The notes under the pieces: generated by a model | Told to the model about the DNA's origin: nothing | Databases searched by the model: none | Seen by the model: only the letters and a program-made list of their open reading frames with translations | DNA from: Epiperipatus broadwayi | Taxonomy: Eukaryota > Animalia > Onychophora | Reading direction: 5' to 3' | DNA: 64,000 bases | Assembly: GCA_028023455.1 (NCBI GenBank) | Contig: JAQFVV010000002.1 | Coordinates: 25,978,001 to 26,042,000 of the forward strand | Shown here: piece by piece, positions 29,209 to 41,867 of the stretch | Layout: every line of letters starts with the position of its first letter | Position numbering within the stretch: position 1 is the stretch's first letter | Program-made: the position numbers and the translations under genes

Positions 29209-32200
29209 ATGTGATGCATTGTGACTTCTTAAACAGAGTCAGGAATGTCTTCAGCAATTATGTCCAGAGAAACCTGTCAGCCACTTTACCTTCCCTTTCC
29301 ATTCCCCACCCTAAGTTTTCCCATAATCTGCTCCATCCCATTTCCACAACATAACCTTTGTTAATTGCATGGCCTTCATATCTAAATCCCTCTTATCTTT
29401 TCCCAAACCCAGCATAAAAACCAATAACCGACTTTCCGTATAATCATTGTTCCTATTTATTCCACAACTTCATTATTTGTACCCTTTCTGCTTTCAAGCA
29501 TTTACATTCAATTAAAAGATGCCTGATATTTTCTATACCTTCCTTACATAATTTGCAGACTAAATCACCCATATTTTTCCATTTACATGTATATTCTCTT
29601 GTTGCTAAAGAACCCGTTCGAGCCCTAAACAATAAACTTCGTGTTGGTGTTTAAAAGCCGATTTTTGCATTTGTTCCTGCTATTTTATTCATCATGCTAT
29701 CTCAAAGCCAAGAAGATCGATTGAAGGCTTTTAAAAATAGGGGGCAAAGTGCAGAGGAAATGAGAAGGCGAAGAACTGAAGTATCAGTTGAACTTCAGAA
29801 GCAGAAGAAAGATGACTAACTTTTGAAAAAGTGAAATGTTTCAGAATTGGAAGAATCACTGAATCCATTAAAACAAAATAACAAACCAATATTAACAATG
29901 AATGAAATTTTTAAGGGGTTGCATAGTACCTTGGAGCAGAGACAATTGCAAGCTGTACATGCTGCTCGCAAGATGCTGTCAAGAGAGAAGCACCCTCCAA
30001 TTGAACAAATGATCGGTGCTGGTGTCATTCCAAAATTTAGTAGAATTTCTTGGTTTTAATGACAATCCTGCTATTCAATTTAAGGCTGCATGTGATTTGT
30101 CAAATATTGCTTCTGGTACCTCAGAACAAACTGTAGCTGTTGTTGCTAGTGGGGCTATACCTCAATTTATTCATTTACTATCTTCTCCATATGTTAATGT
30201 ATGTGAACAAGCTGTGTGGGCTTTAGGAAATATTGCTGGAGATGGTCCAGAATTAAGAGATCTTGTAATTAGTCATGGTATCGTTAAGCCACTTTTGGAA
30301 CTTATAACACCCGATATTGCTGAACAATTTTTAAGAAATATAATGTGGACATTATCAAATTTATGTGTCAATAAAAAGCCACCTCCACCCTTTTTATGTA
30401 ATTAAACAATTTCTTCCAACTTTGGCAACTTTAATAAATCACCATGATACCAACGTGTTACGTGATGTATGTTGGGCAATATCATATCTAACAGATGGTA
30501 CAAATGGAAAAATACAAGAAATTGTAGATATAGGTGTTCCAAGGTTAGTATCTTTGCTAGGAAGTCCTACAGTTGCAGTTCTTTCACCTGCTCTTAGAGC
30601 TGTTGGCAATATTGTCACAGGTAATGAAGTTCAAACCCAGGCTGTGATAGATGCTGTAGCTTTGCAGTACTTTCCAACACTTCTCAAACTAAATATTCAG
30701 AAAGCCACATGGCCAATATCTAATATTACTGCTGGCACTCATAGTCAAGTTCAAGCAGTTATTGATTGTGGGCTGGTTCCACATCTTATTGAAATTCTTG
30801 CAAAGGGAGATTACAAAACTCAACATGAAGCTGCGTGGGTGAAATTCTTACCTGTGGTGATTCACTAGAGCAAATAATTTACCTCGTGCAATATGGAGTA
30901 ATTGCACCCTTGTGCAATTTATTAAGTGTGAAAGATAGCAAAACAATTTCAGTTATTTTAGATGCTCGGAACCAATATTTTAGCTGCTGCAGGTAGGGTT
31001 GACCAAACCGACCAAATCACTCTAATTATTGAAGAAGCTGGTGGAATAGATACAATAGAACTGCAGCAGCATGAAAATAAACAAGTATACCAAGAAGCTC
31101 TTAATTTAATCGACAAATACTTTTCTTCCAAGGCTGATGAAGTTATTGGACCACAAAAAACTAGTGATAGTTATCAATTTGTTGGTGAGGAAAAAGCTCC
31201 AGACATAACTAATTATTGTCAGTGGTGTACAGCTTTTTTTTTTTTTACTGGCAATTCTTTTTACCCATTTTATGCTCTGCTAGCGTGGCTGGCCTTATTT
31301 TATACTGTTTTTCTTACTGTTGTCTTGTGTTAATGTTTTGCAAGAATTATACAAAACTCACCATGGTTGTAAATAAAGCTTTTAAACAATCATATTTGTA
31401 AATTAAATTTGTTGTCCTGCAGTAACCTTTTGTATTTTTGATCTACACATTTCATTTTCATATTTTTTGGTAAAATCAATAATAGTACATGAAAGAAAAA
31501 AACCAATAAACTACTTTCCTTACTATTATCATAAATTAAATCACACCCAATGTTCTGTTTACTTCTATATATATTTAAACTCTTTTTACTCCCCAAGTCC
31601 CTGTTCTTCATTAATGCATATTCTTTTATCCCATTCCTTACCACTATAACACTCAACAATCCTCCTAACACAATCATCCCACCTTTCATACAAGTATAGA
31701 TATATATTCTTTATCCCAATCTTCTGCATACCACATTATCTTTCTCACCCATCTTGTTGCCTGCCCTTTACTCATAACCCAATTAAATACTATTTTAGCT
31801 ATTCTTTTATTATCCATAAACTGCAACATACCAAACATTTTCATTTTGCATCTCCCATATAAAAACTTGATCATCCCATTTCTCCTTGAATTGCCTCCTT
31901 TGCTGTCCACACATCTGAATCTAATGCATATCTTCCTACTTCCCTTTGTGCTTTTTCTAAGTAATCTAATAGCCCTTTACTAACACATAACACATCATTT
32001 CCATATGTTAACCCTGCTACTGCAACTCCCATACAATTCTAGCTACATCATTTTTATTATATGAAAACACTTAATTTCTTTATCAATCCCTTTCTTTTCT
32101 TTGCTTCATTTATCTTTTTTTTTCTCCCATTCATCCAAGCAATTTTCCTGATTACTTAAGATGATTCCCAAATAACTATATCTATTCACTACACTTAACT

Positions 32201-33884
32201 TTATATTTCCCAATAAAAATTCTACGTCTTCTCTTTCTCCAATATTAACCAACCTTATATTTAATTTTTTCACTAAATTTAATCCCCATCTCTTTACTCA
32301 CCCTTGCAAATGTCCTCAGTATAACTTCCATATCTTTTCTTTTCTGCACAAAGACATCCGGAAAAAAGACCCGTCAAAGTATATACTCCCTTGCCACATA
32401 TTAACAGTATCTCTAGACCCTCTTCCTATTGCTCTCCCCATTTCACTCAAATACAATAAAAACAAAATAGGTGACATAGGACATCCTTGCCTTAATACCA
32501 TCCCATTTTTAACTTTAACTCATTCTACATCCCCTAATTGATATGTATAGTAATTAATTTCATATAATTTCTTAATAATATCCACTAAAGCTTCATCCAT
32601 TCCCAAATTTACTAAACTTACCCATAATCTATTTACTCTATCATATGCCTTCTCTATATCTATAAAACTCATATATAATTGTCTACCTGAAACATATCCA
32701 TAACTCGTCTAACTACAAATAAACTATCTCCTATATGCCTATCTGATCTAAAACCTTGCATTCCCCCCACTACATTTTCTTCCATCCATTTTGCAACTCT
32801 TCCAGCCACCATATATGAGAAAACTTTATATAAAACTGATGTTATTGCTATTGGTCTATAATTCTTATCCGTTAAATAATAATCTTACTCCTGTATTATT
32901 CCAACTACCCAGAAAAACTCTTCTGATGTTACTGCTATCGGTCTATAATTTTTTAACTTTCTGTGATCATTATCCTTTAACTAATAATCTTACTCTTGTA
33001 TTATTCCAACTACCCAGAAAAAAACTCTTCTGCGCCATCTTATTAAAACATAATAGCATTACTTTTGCCTATGCCCTAAATTCATTACCATCTCAGCTGC
33101 TCATCCATCTAAACCTCTTGCCTTTCCACTTTTTCAATTTCTTCCCTGCCCCATTCAGTTCATTTTGTGTAAACCTAATAATCCCATTACTATATGCTTT
33201 CATATTTTCTATCACTCTGTCCTTCACATCTTTTCTATATCCATTACATATCTATTTAAGATTGTAATTCTCTAGAGCTATTCCCTCATCATCTAGTAAT
33301 ACTATCTCTATTCTACATTTCTCCTTTTAATATAATTCAAAATTTTTTACTCCCATCCCTTCCACTTTTAATATCCTCCAACAATTTATTATTAAATTTC
33401 ATTCCTTCTCTATAATTATCTAATTTAGCCAATTTCTTCTTTTCTAAGTACTTTTTCCATTTAGCATTATCTTTTTCACTTTTTGTTCTTAATAGCACAC
33501 TTATATTCCCTGCATGCTTTTGTTTTAAACTTTCTCTCATTTTTTTATTATTTTTATTCTTCTGAATATTCTCACCTAAAACCCTATTTGCCACTTTTTC
33601 TATTTCATCACACCAGTCCTTATACTCATCCCCAATCAACTCTTCCATGGTTTCATCAACTTATATTTTATACTCTTCCAACTTATTATCATTCACTCTC
33701 CATCCACATCTTTCACTATTGTTTCTATTCTCCATCACATTACTAACCATTTCTATTACAATGAAGTTATGATCACTATTACATACTATCTTTTTATTAT
33801 CAAACACCTTAATTTTCCATACTTTATTTTTTCCCTCTTTCTCTACCAATACATAATATATTGTGTGAAATATATTATTTCTAG
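29209..33884 (-). mobile_element. LINE family copy A (APE C-terminus, RT, C-terminal CCHC), 5'-truncated, interrupted by the importin-alpha retrocopy
   Basis: Minus strand: NSDHNFIVIEM (APE end), QGFRSDRH, MSFIDIEKAYDRVNR, LRQGCPMSPILFLLYL, LLFRARTGSL, and CKLCKEGIENIRHLLIEC (Cx2Cx8Hx4C); 3' tail ...gcatcacat. Confidence 0.92.
29639..31503 (+). pseudogene. Processed pseudogene of importin alpha (most like the alpha-2/KPNA2/Pendulin class), intronless, full length
   Basis: ATG at 29694: MLSQSQEDRLKAFKNRGQSAEEMRRRRTEVSVELQKQKKDD* (IBB domain). ARM repeats [47 protein letters not shown] and [10 protein letters not shown]. No introns; premature stops and frameshifts; A-rich tail 31492-31502; TSD CAATAAACT at 29630-29638 and 31504-31512. 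Confidence 0.95.
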
Positions 33885-33887
33885 TTT

Positions 33888-34498
33888 ATGTGATGCACTG
33901 TAACTTCTCCTTATATGGAGTCGAGAATCTCTCAGCAACTATGCCCAGAGAAACCTGCTAGTCACTTTGAACTCCTTTCCATTCCCCACCCCAAGTTTTC
34001 CCGTATTCTTTTCTACCCTGCTCCATCCCATTTCCACAGCATAATCTTTGTCAACTCCATGGCCTTGAGATCTAAAACCTTCCTATCTTTTCCTAAACCC
34101 AGCATAAAAAGCAATAAGCCACTTTCTGTATAATCACTTTGCTCATATTTATTCTTCCACTTCATTATTTGTATTACTTTCTTCTTTCAGGCATTTACAT
34201 TCAATTAACAGATGCCTAATGTTTTCTATACCTTCCTTACACAGCTTGCAGTCTAAATCACCCATATTTCTCCACTTACGTGCATACTCCATTGTTGCCA
34301 AAGATCCTGTTCCAGCCTTAAACAGTAAACTACTTTCCTTGCTATTATCATAAATTAACTCACACCCAATATTGTTTACTTTTATAAATTTAACTTTTTA
34401 CTCTCCATCTCCCTATTCTTTATTAATGCATCTATTCTATCCCATTCCTTAACACTAAAACACTCAACAATTCTTTTAATACAATCATCCCACCTGTC
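33888..34498 (-). mobile_element. LINE family copy B (3' 0.6 kb)
   Basis: Starts atgtgatgcactgtaacttctcc..gagaaacctg and aligns by eye with copy A through the CCHC region. Confidence 0.92.
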
Positions 34499-35310
34499 AT
34501 GTGATGCCCTGTGACTTCTCCTTATACGGAGTCAGGAATCTCAGCAACTACGTCCAGAGAAACCTGTTAGCCACTTTGAACCCCTTTCCATTCCCCACCC
34601 CAAGTTTCCCATATTCTTTTCTACCCTGCTCCATCCCATTTCCACATAATCTTTAACTCTGTGGCCTTTAGATCTAAAACCCCCTTATCTTTTCCCAAAT
34701 CCAGCATAAAAACCAACGAGCCACTTTCTGTATAATCACTTTGTTCACATTTATTCTTCCACATTATTTGTATCCTTTCTGCTTTCAGGCATTTACATTC
34801 AATTAACAGATCCCTAATATTTTCTATACCTTCCTTTCACAGCTTGCAGACTACATCACCCATATTTCTCCATTTACGTGTATATTCCCTTGTTGCTAAT
34901 GATCCCGTTAGAACCTTAACCAGTAAACTACTTTCCTTGCTATTATCATAAATTAACTCGCACCCAATAGTCTGTTTACTTGTTTAAATATTTAAACTCT
35001 TTATTTTCCATACTAGCTCTCCATCTCCTTATTCTTTATTAATGCATCTATTTTTCGGTCCCATTCCTTAACACTAAAACATTCAACAATTCTCCTAATA
35101 CAATCATCCCATCTTTTGTATAAGTATACTGATATAAATTCTTTATCTAAATCTTCCGCATAACGTGTTGCCTTTGGTACTCATCTTGTTACCTGCCTTT
35201 TATTCATAATCCAATTAAATACTATTTTGGCTATTCTTTTATTATCCATAAACTGCAATCTATCGAACATTTTTATTTTGCTTTTTGCATCTCATATAAA
35301 AGCTTGACCT
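34499..35310 (-). mobile_element. LINE family copy C (3' 0.8 kb)
   Basis: Starts atgtgatgccctgtgacttctcc; same family sequence. Confidence 0.92.
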
Positions 35311-35723
35311 ATGTGATATGATGCACTGTGACCTCCTTATACGGAGTCAGGAATCTCTCAGCAACTATGTCCAGAGAAACCTGTTAGCCACTTTGAACCC
35401 CTTTCCATTCCCCACCCCAAGTTTTCCCATATTCTTTTCTACCTTGCTTCATCGCATTTCCATAACATAATCTTTGTCAATTCCATGGCCTTTAGATCTA
35501 AAACCCCTCTTATCTTTTCCAAACAGAGCATAAAAATCAATAAGCCACTTTCTGTATAATCACTTTGTTCATATTTATTCTTCCACAACTTATTTGTATC
35601 CTTTCAGCTTTCAGGCATTTACATTCAATTAAGAGATGCCTAATATTTTCTATACCTTCCTTCCACAGCTTGCAGACTAAATCACCCATATTTCTCCATT
35701 TACGTGTATATTCCCTTGTGCCT
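35311..35723 (-). mobile_element. LINE family copy D (3' 0.4 kb)
   Basis: Starts atgtgatatgatgcactgtgacc; ORF 35537-35821 retains CKLWKEGIENIRHLLIEC. Confidence 0.92.
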
Positions 35724-37795
35724 ATGTGATGTGATGCACTGTAACTTGTTAGCCACTTTACTTTCCATTCTCCACTCTTAAGTTTTCCTGTATTCTGCTC
35801 CATCCCATTTCCACAACACAATCTTTGTCAACTAGATCTATAGCCTTTATATCTAAACCCCCGTTCCCCCCCCCCCCAAACCCAGCATAAAAACCAATAA
35901 TCCACTTTCTGTATAATCACTTTTTCCATATTTATTCTAGCACAACATTATTTGTAGTTTTCAAACATTTACATTTAATTAACAGATGCCTAATATTTTC
36001 TATTCCTTCCTTACATAATCCAAATCACCCATATTTTTCCATTTACATGTATATTCTCTTGTTGCTAAAGATCCCGTTTAAACCTTACTATTATCACACA
36101 TTAACTCACACCTGTTATTCACTTCTATATATATTTAAACTCTTTTTACTCTCCATCTCTCTAATTCCCTATTCTTTATTAATGAATCTATTCTTCTATC
36201 CCATTCTTTACCACTATAACACTCAACAATACTCCTAGCATAATCATCCCATCTTTTGTACAAATATACCGATATAAATTCTTTATCCAAATCTTTTGCT
36301 TGCCTGCCCTTTACTCGCAACCCGATTAAATACTATTTTTGACTATTCTTTTATTATCCATAAACTGCAATCTACCAAACATTTTCATTTTTACTTTTTG
36401 CATCTCATATACACAACTTCACCATCCCATTTCTCCTTGAATTGCCTCCCTTGCTGTCCATACATCTGCATCCAATGCATGTCTTCCGACTTCCCTTTGT
36501 ACTTTTTCTAAGTAATCTAATACCCCTTTACTAACACATAACGCATCATTACCATATGTTAACCCTGCTACTGCAACTCCTGTATAATTCTAGCTACATC
36601 ATATTATATGAAAACACTGTTAATTTCTTTATCAATCCCTTTCTTTGCTTCATTTATTAATTTTTTCTCCCATTTATCCAAACAATTTTTCTGATTACTT
36701 AAGATAATTCCCAAATAATTATATCTATTCACCACTTAACTTTATATCCCGCAATAAAAAAATTCTACATCTCTTTCCCCACTATTAACTATCATTATAT
36801 TTGATGTTTCTTCACTAAATTTAATTCCATTCTCTTTACCCACCCTTGCACATGTCCTCAGCATAACTTCCATATCTTCTCTTCTTTCTGCACACTAAAA
36901 GATATCTGCAAAAAAAAAAGATCAAAGTATATACTCTCTTCCCACTTATTAATGGTATCTCTATCCCTCTTCATAATCTTTCTATTGCTCTTTCCATTTA
37001 ACTCAAATACAACAAAAACAAAATAGGTGACTTAGCGCATCCTTGCTTTAGTCCCACCCCATTTTTAACTTTAATTGATTCTATATTCCCTAATTGTTAT
37101 GTAATTATTTTCATATAATTTCTTAATAATATCCACTAAAGCCCCCAAATTTACTAAACTTATCCATAATCTATTACTATTTACTCTATCATATGCTTTC
37201 TCTATATCTAAAAAATTCATATAAATAACCGACTACCTAAATTCCTACTCATATCCACAAGTTGTGTGACTACAAATAAACTGCCTCCTATATGCCTATC
37301 TAATTTAAAACCTCCTTGCATTTCCCCCCACTATATTATTCCATTCCATCCATTTTATAACTTTTCTAGCCACCATATATGAGAAAACTTTATATAAAAC
37401 TGATATTACCGCTATCAGTCTAGAATTATTCAACTTTTATGATTTTTACCCTTTCCTTTAAATAATAATCTCACTCTTGTATTACTCCCAACTACTTGGA
37501 AAAATTCTATTCTGTGCCATCTTATTAAAATAGAATACCCTAAATTCATTACCATCTCTGTTGCCTATCCATCTACATCTCTCGTCTTTCCACTTTTCAA
37601 TTTCTTCTCTGCCTCATTCAGTTCATATTTTGTAACCCTAATATTCCCATTACTATATGCTTTCATATTTTCTATCACTCTATCCTTCACATCTAACATC
37701 TTTTCTATATCCATTACATATCTGATTCTCTCCAAGTCTTTTCTAGAGCTACATTCTATTCCCTCATCATCTAGTAATACTATCTCTCCCCTACA
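35724..37795 (-). mobile_element. LINE family copy E (3' ~2.1 kb including RT)
   Basis: Starts atgtgatgtgatgcactgtaac; collinear with copy A up to catcatctagtaatactatctct. Confidence 0.92.
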
Positions 37796-40700
37796 TAGTA
37801 TAGCTTTAGAAGCTCCACATAGTGTCTAAAAGCAGAAACTAAAAAAATGGAATATAGTACAGATTATATCAGTACTTTACCATTCACCATGTCACTTATA
37901 CTGTATCTGGGGGAGGCAAAAAGTGAACAAAAATTTAATTTTTTAATTACTACAACTGCTTAGTGGCATGATCCATGTTTGAAATTACAAGTAATACAAT
38001 ATCACTTAAATGAATCTTTTGCATATTATTTACCACCAGTTTTCATCAATGCTATTTGCAAAAATGTGTGCATATAATTTTTGTTATAGTTATTACATAA
38101 TGAAAGTGCTTAAGCATAGTTTTTTTTTTATTTTAATAAATTACAAAATGCAAACATCTTATTGATATTTCAAGTTTTTTAAATTAAATTAACCTCTTCC
38201 TAAAAGTTTCTTTAATTAAACAAATAGTATACTCCTATATATGCAGACAAAAAAGATTGCTTCTGATATTGTTTTAAAATTACAATTGACAAAATGGAAA
38301 AAGAACTATCTTGAGAGGAGGGGAGTGGCATTTTTTCTTTTATTTTTATTAGTCTATTCTTTATCGAAATGTCTTCCTTTTTTAAAAAAATCTACTAACT
38401 TTTATTCAATTCTGTAACAATCAAAACACAAGAGTGCAGTAACTCAAATTTTTGGTACTTTAGTATTAAACCTGCTGTGATTGAAAGTAGACTTCAGAAT
38501 CAAATCTGTAAATAAACACAGAATTAAACACATTTGCAATCTTCTAAAAAGAAAAAAGAAATCATTTTTTACACCAGTATTACATAATCTTCCAAATTGG
38601 GATTAGCTACTGAAAATCTTGCTTCCGTTGCTAATTTTACATTTTAAACTATGTTGTGATATCATGCAAAAATCCTGACAGACATTTCCATTTGGGAGAA
38701 CATCAAAATTATTTCATCCCAGCCATTAATTTGATTAGAATAAATGAGGGTGGTCATCATTACAAGGTAAATGTATTGGGTTTTTTTTTTTAAAAAAAAA
38801 AATTTGTAAAAAAAATCAATCAAAAGTATGCGAGATCACAATTGTTGAACAATGCATCACAGCAAGTCTAATATTAAAGTAGCAAATTTTTTATTACAAA
38901 ATGAAATTGTTTTCAATAGTTAAAATTATTACAAACAATTACAAAATAAATACAATATATAGTCTATTATGATATATTCATTAATTATTAAGAATGTATA
39001 TACTAAATTTTTAATTTAAAATATATTATAGGTAACACAATCTCAATTTTCTGTGCATGTCATGCCTTTTACTTTCCAGAATATACTAATTAAAAAAAGG
39101 TATCCTATTTTCACTCATCCATCTAGGATTATATGTGAGATACTATCTATCTTATAAAATTCCCCGCTTAAAAGATTACAAATATATCGATGCATAATGC
39201 TAAACAGGCATTCTTATTTATCAATATATAACACAAGCTATGCCATTTATTGTTATAAATCACAATTACAAATAATAGGGAGTTTTATAAGATTATTAAA
39301 AGCATTGATAATTAACATTTCCTTAGAAATTGAAAAGTTTAACTTTGTTGTTATATTCTTGGAAACTTGCACTTATTACAGTGTTACAATATATTTATAA
39401 TCCTAAATAGATGAATGGAAAGAGCATATCTATATTATTATGCATCATGTATTTGTTATCCATTTAAAGCAGCTTTACATAATTACTAAAACAATGAGAA
39501 TCAACATTATCTCATAAATTGAAAGTTAATTTTTGTTAATATTCTCTGCACATTTAAGTATTCATTCTTATAATTATAGTATCTCTTATTCTATTCACAA
39601 TCCTAAATGGGCAGATGAAAAGTTTATTTGTAATTCTAAATGGATATATGGGAATATCTTTTTTCTATTTGTAATTGCAATCTATAATACTAGGTGTGGC
39701 AAGTGAAAACATAGGCTTTAATATAAATGTATTTAGTAATATGCATTTGTATGTATATATAATGTTTGTACTGTATGTATTGTACCGTCTACAAGTAGAT
39801 GGCCCAAAGATATTGGCATTTAATTTTTTTTTAGTTTGTGTAATTTATTTTTAAAGCGTACAATGAAAGTTAAATTTTTTGTTCACATTTTTTTTTTATG
39901 TAATTGAAAATAAAAATTGGAAAGAATAAAAGACACGCAGATTATTAACCCAGATAAATTAAAAGAATTCCAAAAGTAGAAAGATTACAATTAGAAAAAT
40001 CCTTTTAAGTAATTAAAGAAGGCAGAATTATGCTAAAAAAAAAAGACTTTTAACTTAAATTTAAGAAAGATTGTACTGATAAAAAGACAAAAGAAAATAG
40101 ATGCGCAGGGAATTCTAAAAATGGATCGTGACTATAAAAAATCAGAAAAACTTAAAGCTGGGCCTTTGTCTTTTCCTTAACTAGCAGTCTGGGATAGAGA
40201 AACTATCCTATCCCGGACTACTCTATACAGGACTACCATTATTCATATGCTGAAGTGGATCATCATGCATAGTGGAATCGATGCGTTTATAGATACCTTT
40301 CATCGTATAAGTCATTCAGAACAAAACGTCAAGTCTAGCCATTAAGACAGGCCAAGAAACTACAAGAATGTTGACAGAGGGAAACTAATTAACTTCAATG
40401 AGCTCTTCAAAACGCATACTACAAAACTTACCGGCAAGATTATTCATATCCAGATTGTGACTAAATTAAGCATTTGCAAACGATCCTTCCTATAAGCTTA
40501 TAGTATTACTACTAATAGAGACATTTGCAGAATTATCATCACAAAGAACTTCCTGGAAGAAACTTAAGTGAACTTTAATTATTAAACTGTTTTAGTTACT
40601 TGATTTAATATCTGGATTAGTGTGCATATAATCTTTCCAATTGATTAGTAATGTGTTTTTAATATTTTAATTTGTTAGAATAAAAATATTTATTTCTAAT

Positions 40701-41141
40701 ATCAACTATTCATTGTGCATTATTAAAAATAGTTCTTAAATTTATTAATGTTAGTTTATTAGAACTTGAATGCATAATTTACCCTTTGCCAATATTTATT
40801 AATTAAGCCCTGGGAATAATATCTTAAAAAAAAAAAAAAACCTTATCTACAGTAAACTATGACTCGGTTTTCTTTTAAAATCATTTTCTTTTTTATTTAC
40901 GATGTGCGATGCGATGGATTTCAGCGGATTCTTACATGAATCCGGGCCCGGGCACCCTTATAAAAAGAAATAAAAAGCTGATTCGGTTGGCAATCGTAAC
41001 AATTTCTAACTGACCAGGATATATAGTTATGTTTTTAAAAATAAGAGTGAAACCTTTTTCATAACTTGATCAACTCACGGTTTATTGCGTATAGAGACCT
41101 AGCCAGATAGAAAAACCCGTTACAGTATGTATATTATTTAA

Positions 41142-41361
41142 AACAGGCAAAACTCACTATACGTATTGCCACACACAGCAAGCTAGAGTAATCAATGGAT
41201 GCCAAAAGGCTTGTGCATAAAATCCCCATCTAGTGCCATCCAAGGCTCCTCACTAACAAAGGCCACAAGCCAGAAACTAGTCTGGGATATTGGTCTTCTG
41301 GCATCCATCGATTACTCTAGGTTGCGGTGTATGGCAATATGTATAGTGAGTTTTGCCTGTT
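41142..41361. mobile_element. MITE with ~65-bp TIRs, copy 1
   Basis: aacaggcaaaactcactatacgtattgcca..ctagagtaatcaatggatgcca pairs with tggcatccatcgattactctag..tggcaatatgtatagtgagttttgcctgtt. Flanked by TTAA on both sides (a TA reading is also possible). Confidence 0.85.
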
Positions 41362-41682
41362 TTAACAACAGTTGTACACAAGTATAAGAAGTGGTGGTCA
41401 TGTGATGTTTATATTGTTATTTATGAAAACTACATATTAAAACCAGCTTGGTACAGCTTATTATTTAATTCACTCTATCTTTTAGTTATTTCAGAACAAA
41501 ATATATCCACTATATAGATTTCAATACAGATTTGTCAAAAAAAAACTTTTTCCCCTATATATTTTTCATTTACCTCGGTTATATTTATACATAATTGAAA
41601 ATTTAACCTTTTAATTCTTCTCATTAAAATATATAAAACCAATATATTAATAATTTTTTATTAGTTTCTTATTCTAAATATA

Positions 41683-41867
41683 AACAGGCAAAACTCTCCA
41701 TACATTAATGCCACTCAGTGCAAGCCAGAGTAATCAATGGATGCCAGAGGGCTTGTGCATAAAATCCCTATCTAATGCCTACTCATCCAATATCCCCAGA
41801 CTAGTTTCTGCCAATGGCCTTCGTCAGGGAGGAACCTTAGATTTGAGAGCACTGAGTTTTGCCTGTT
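41683..41867. mobile_element. Same MITE family, copy 2 (shortened right TIR); further fragment at ~51740-51780
   Basis: aacaggcaaaactc..gagtaatcaatggatgcca..gagttttgcctgtt; the internal gcctactcatccaatatccccagact recurs at ~51755. Confidence 0.8.
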
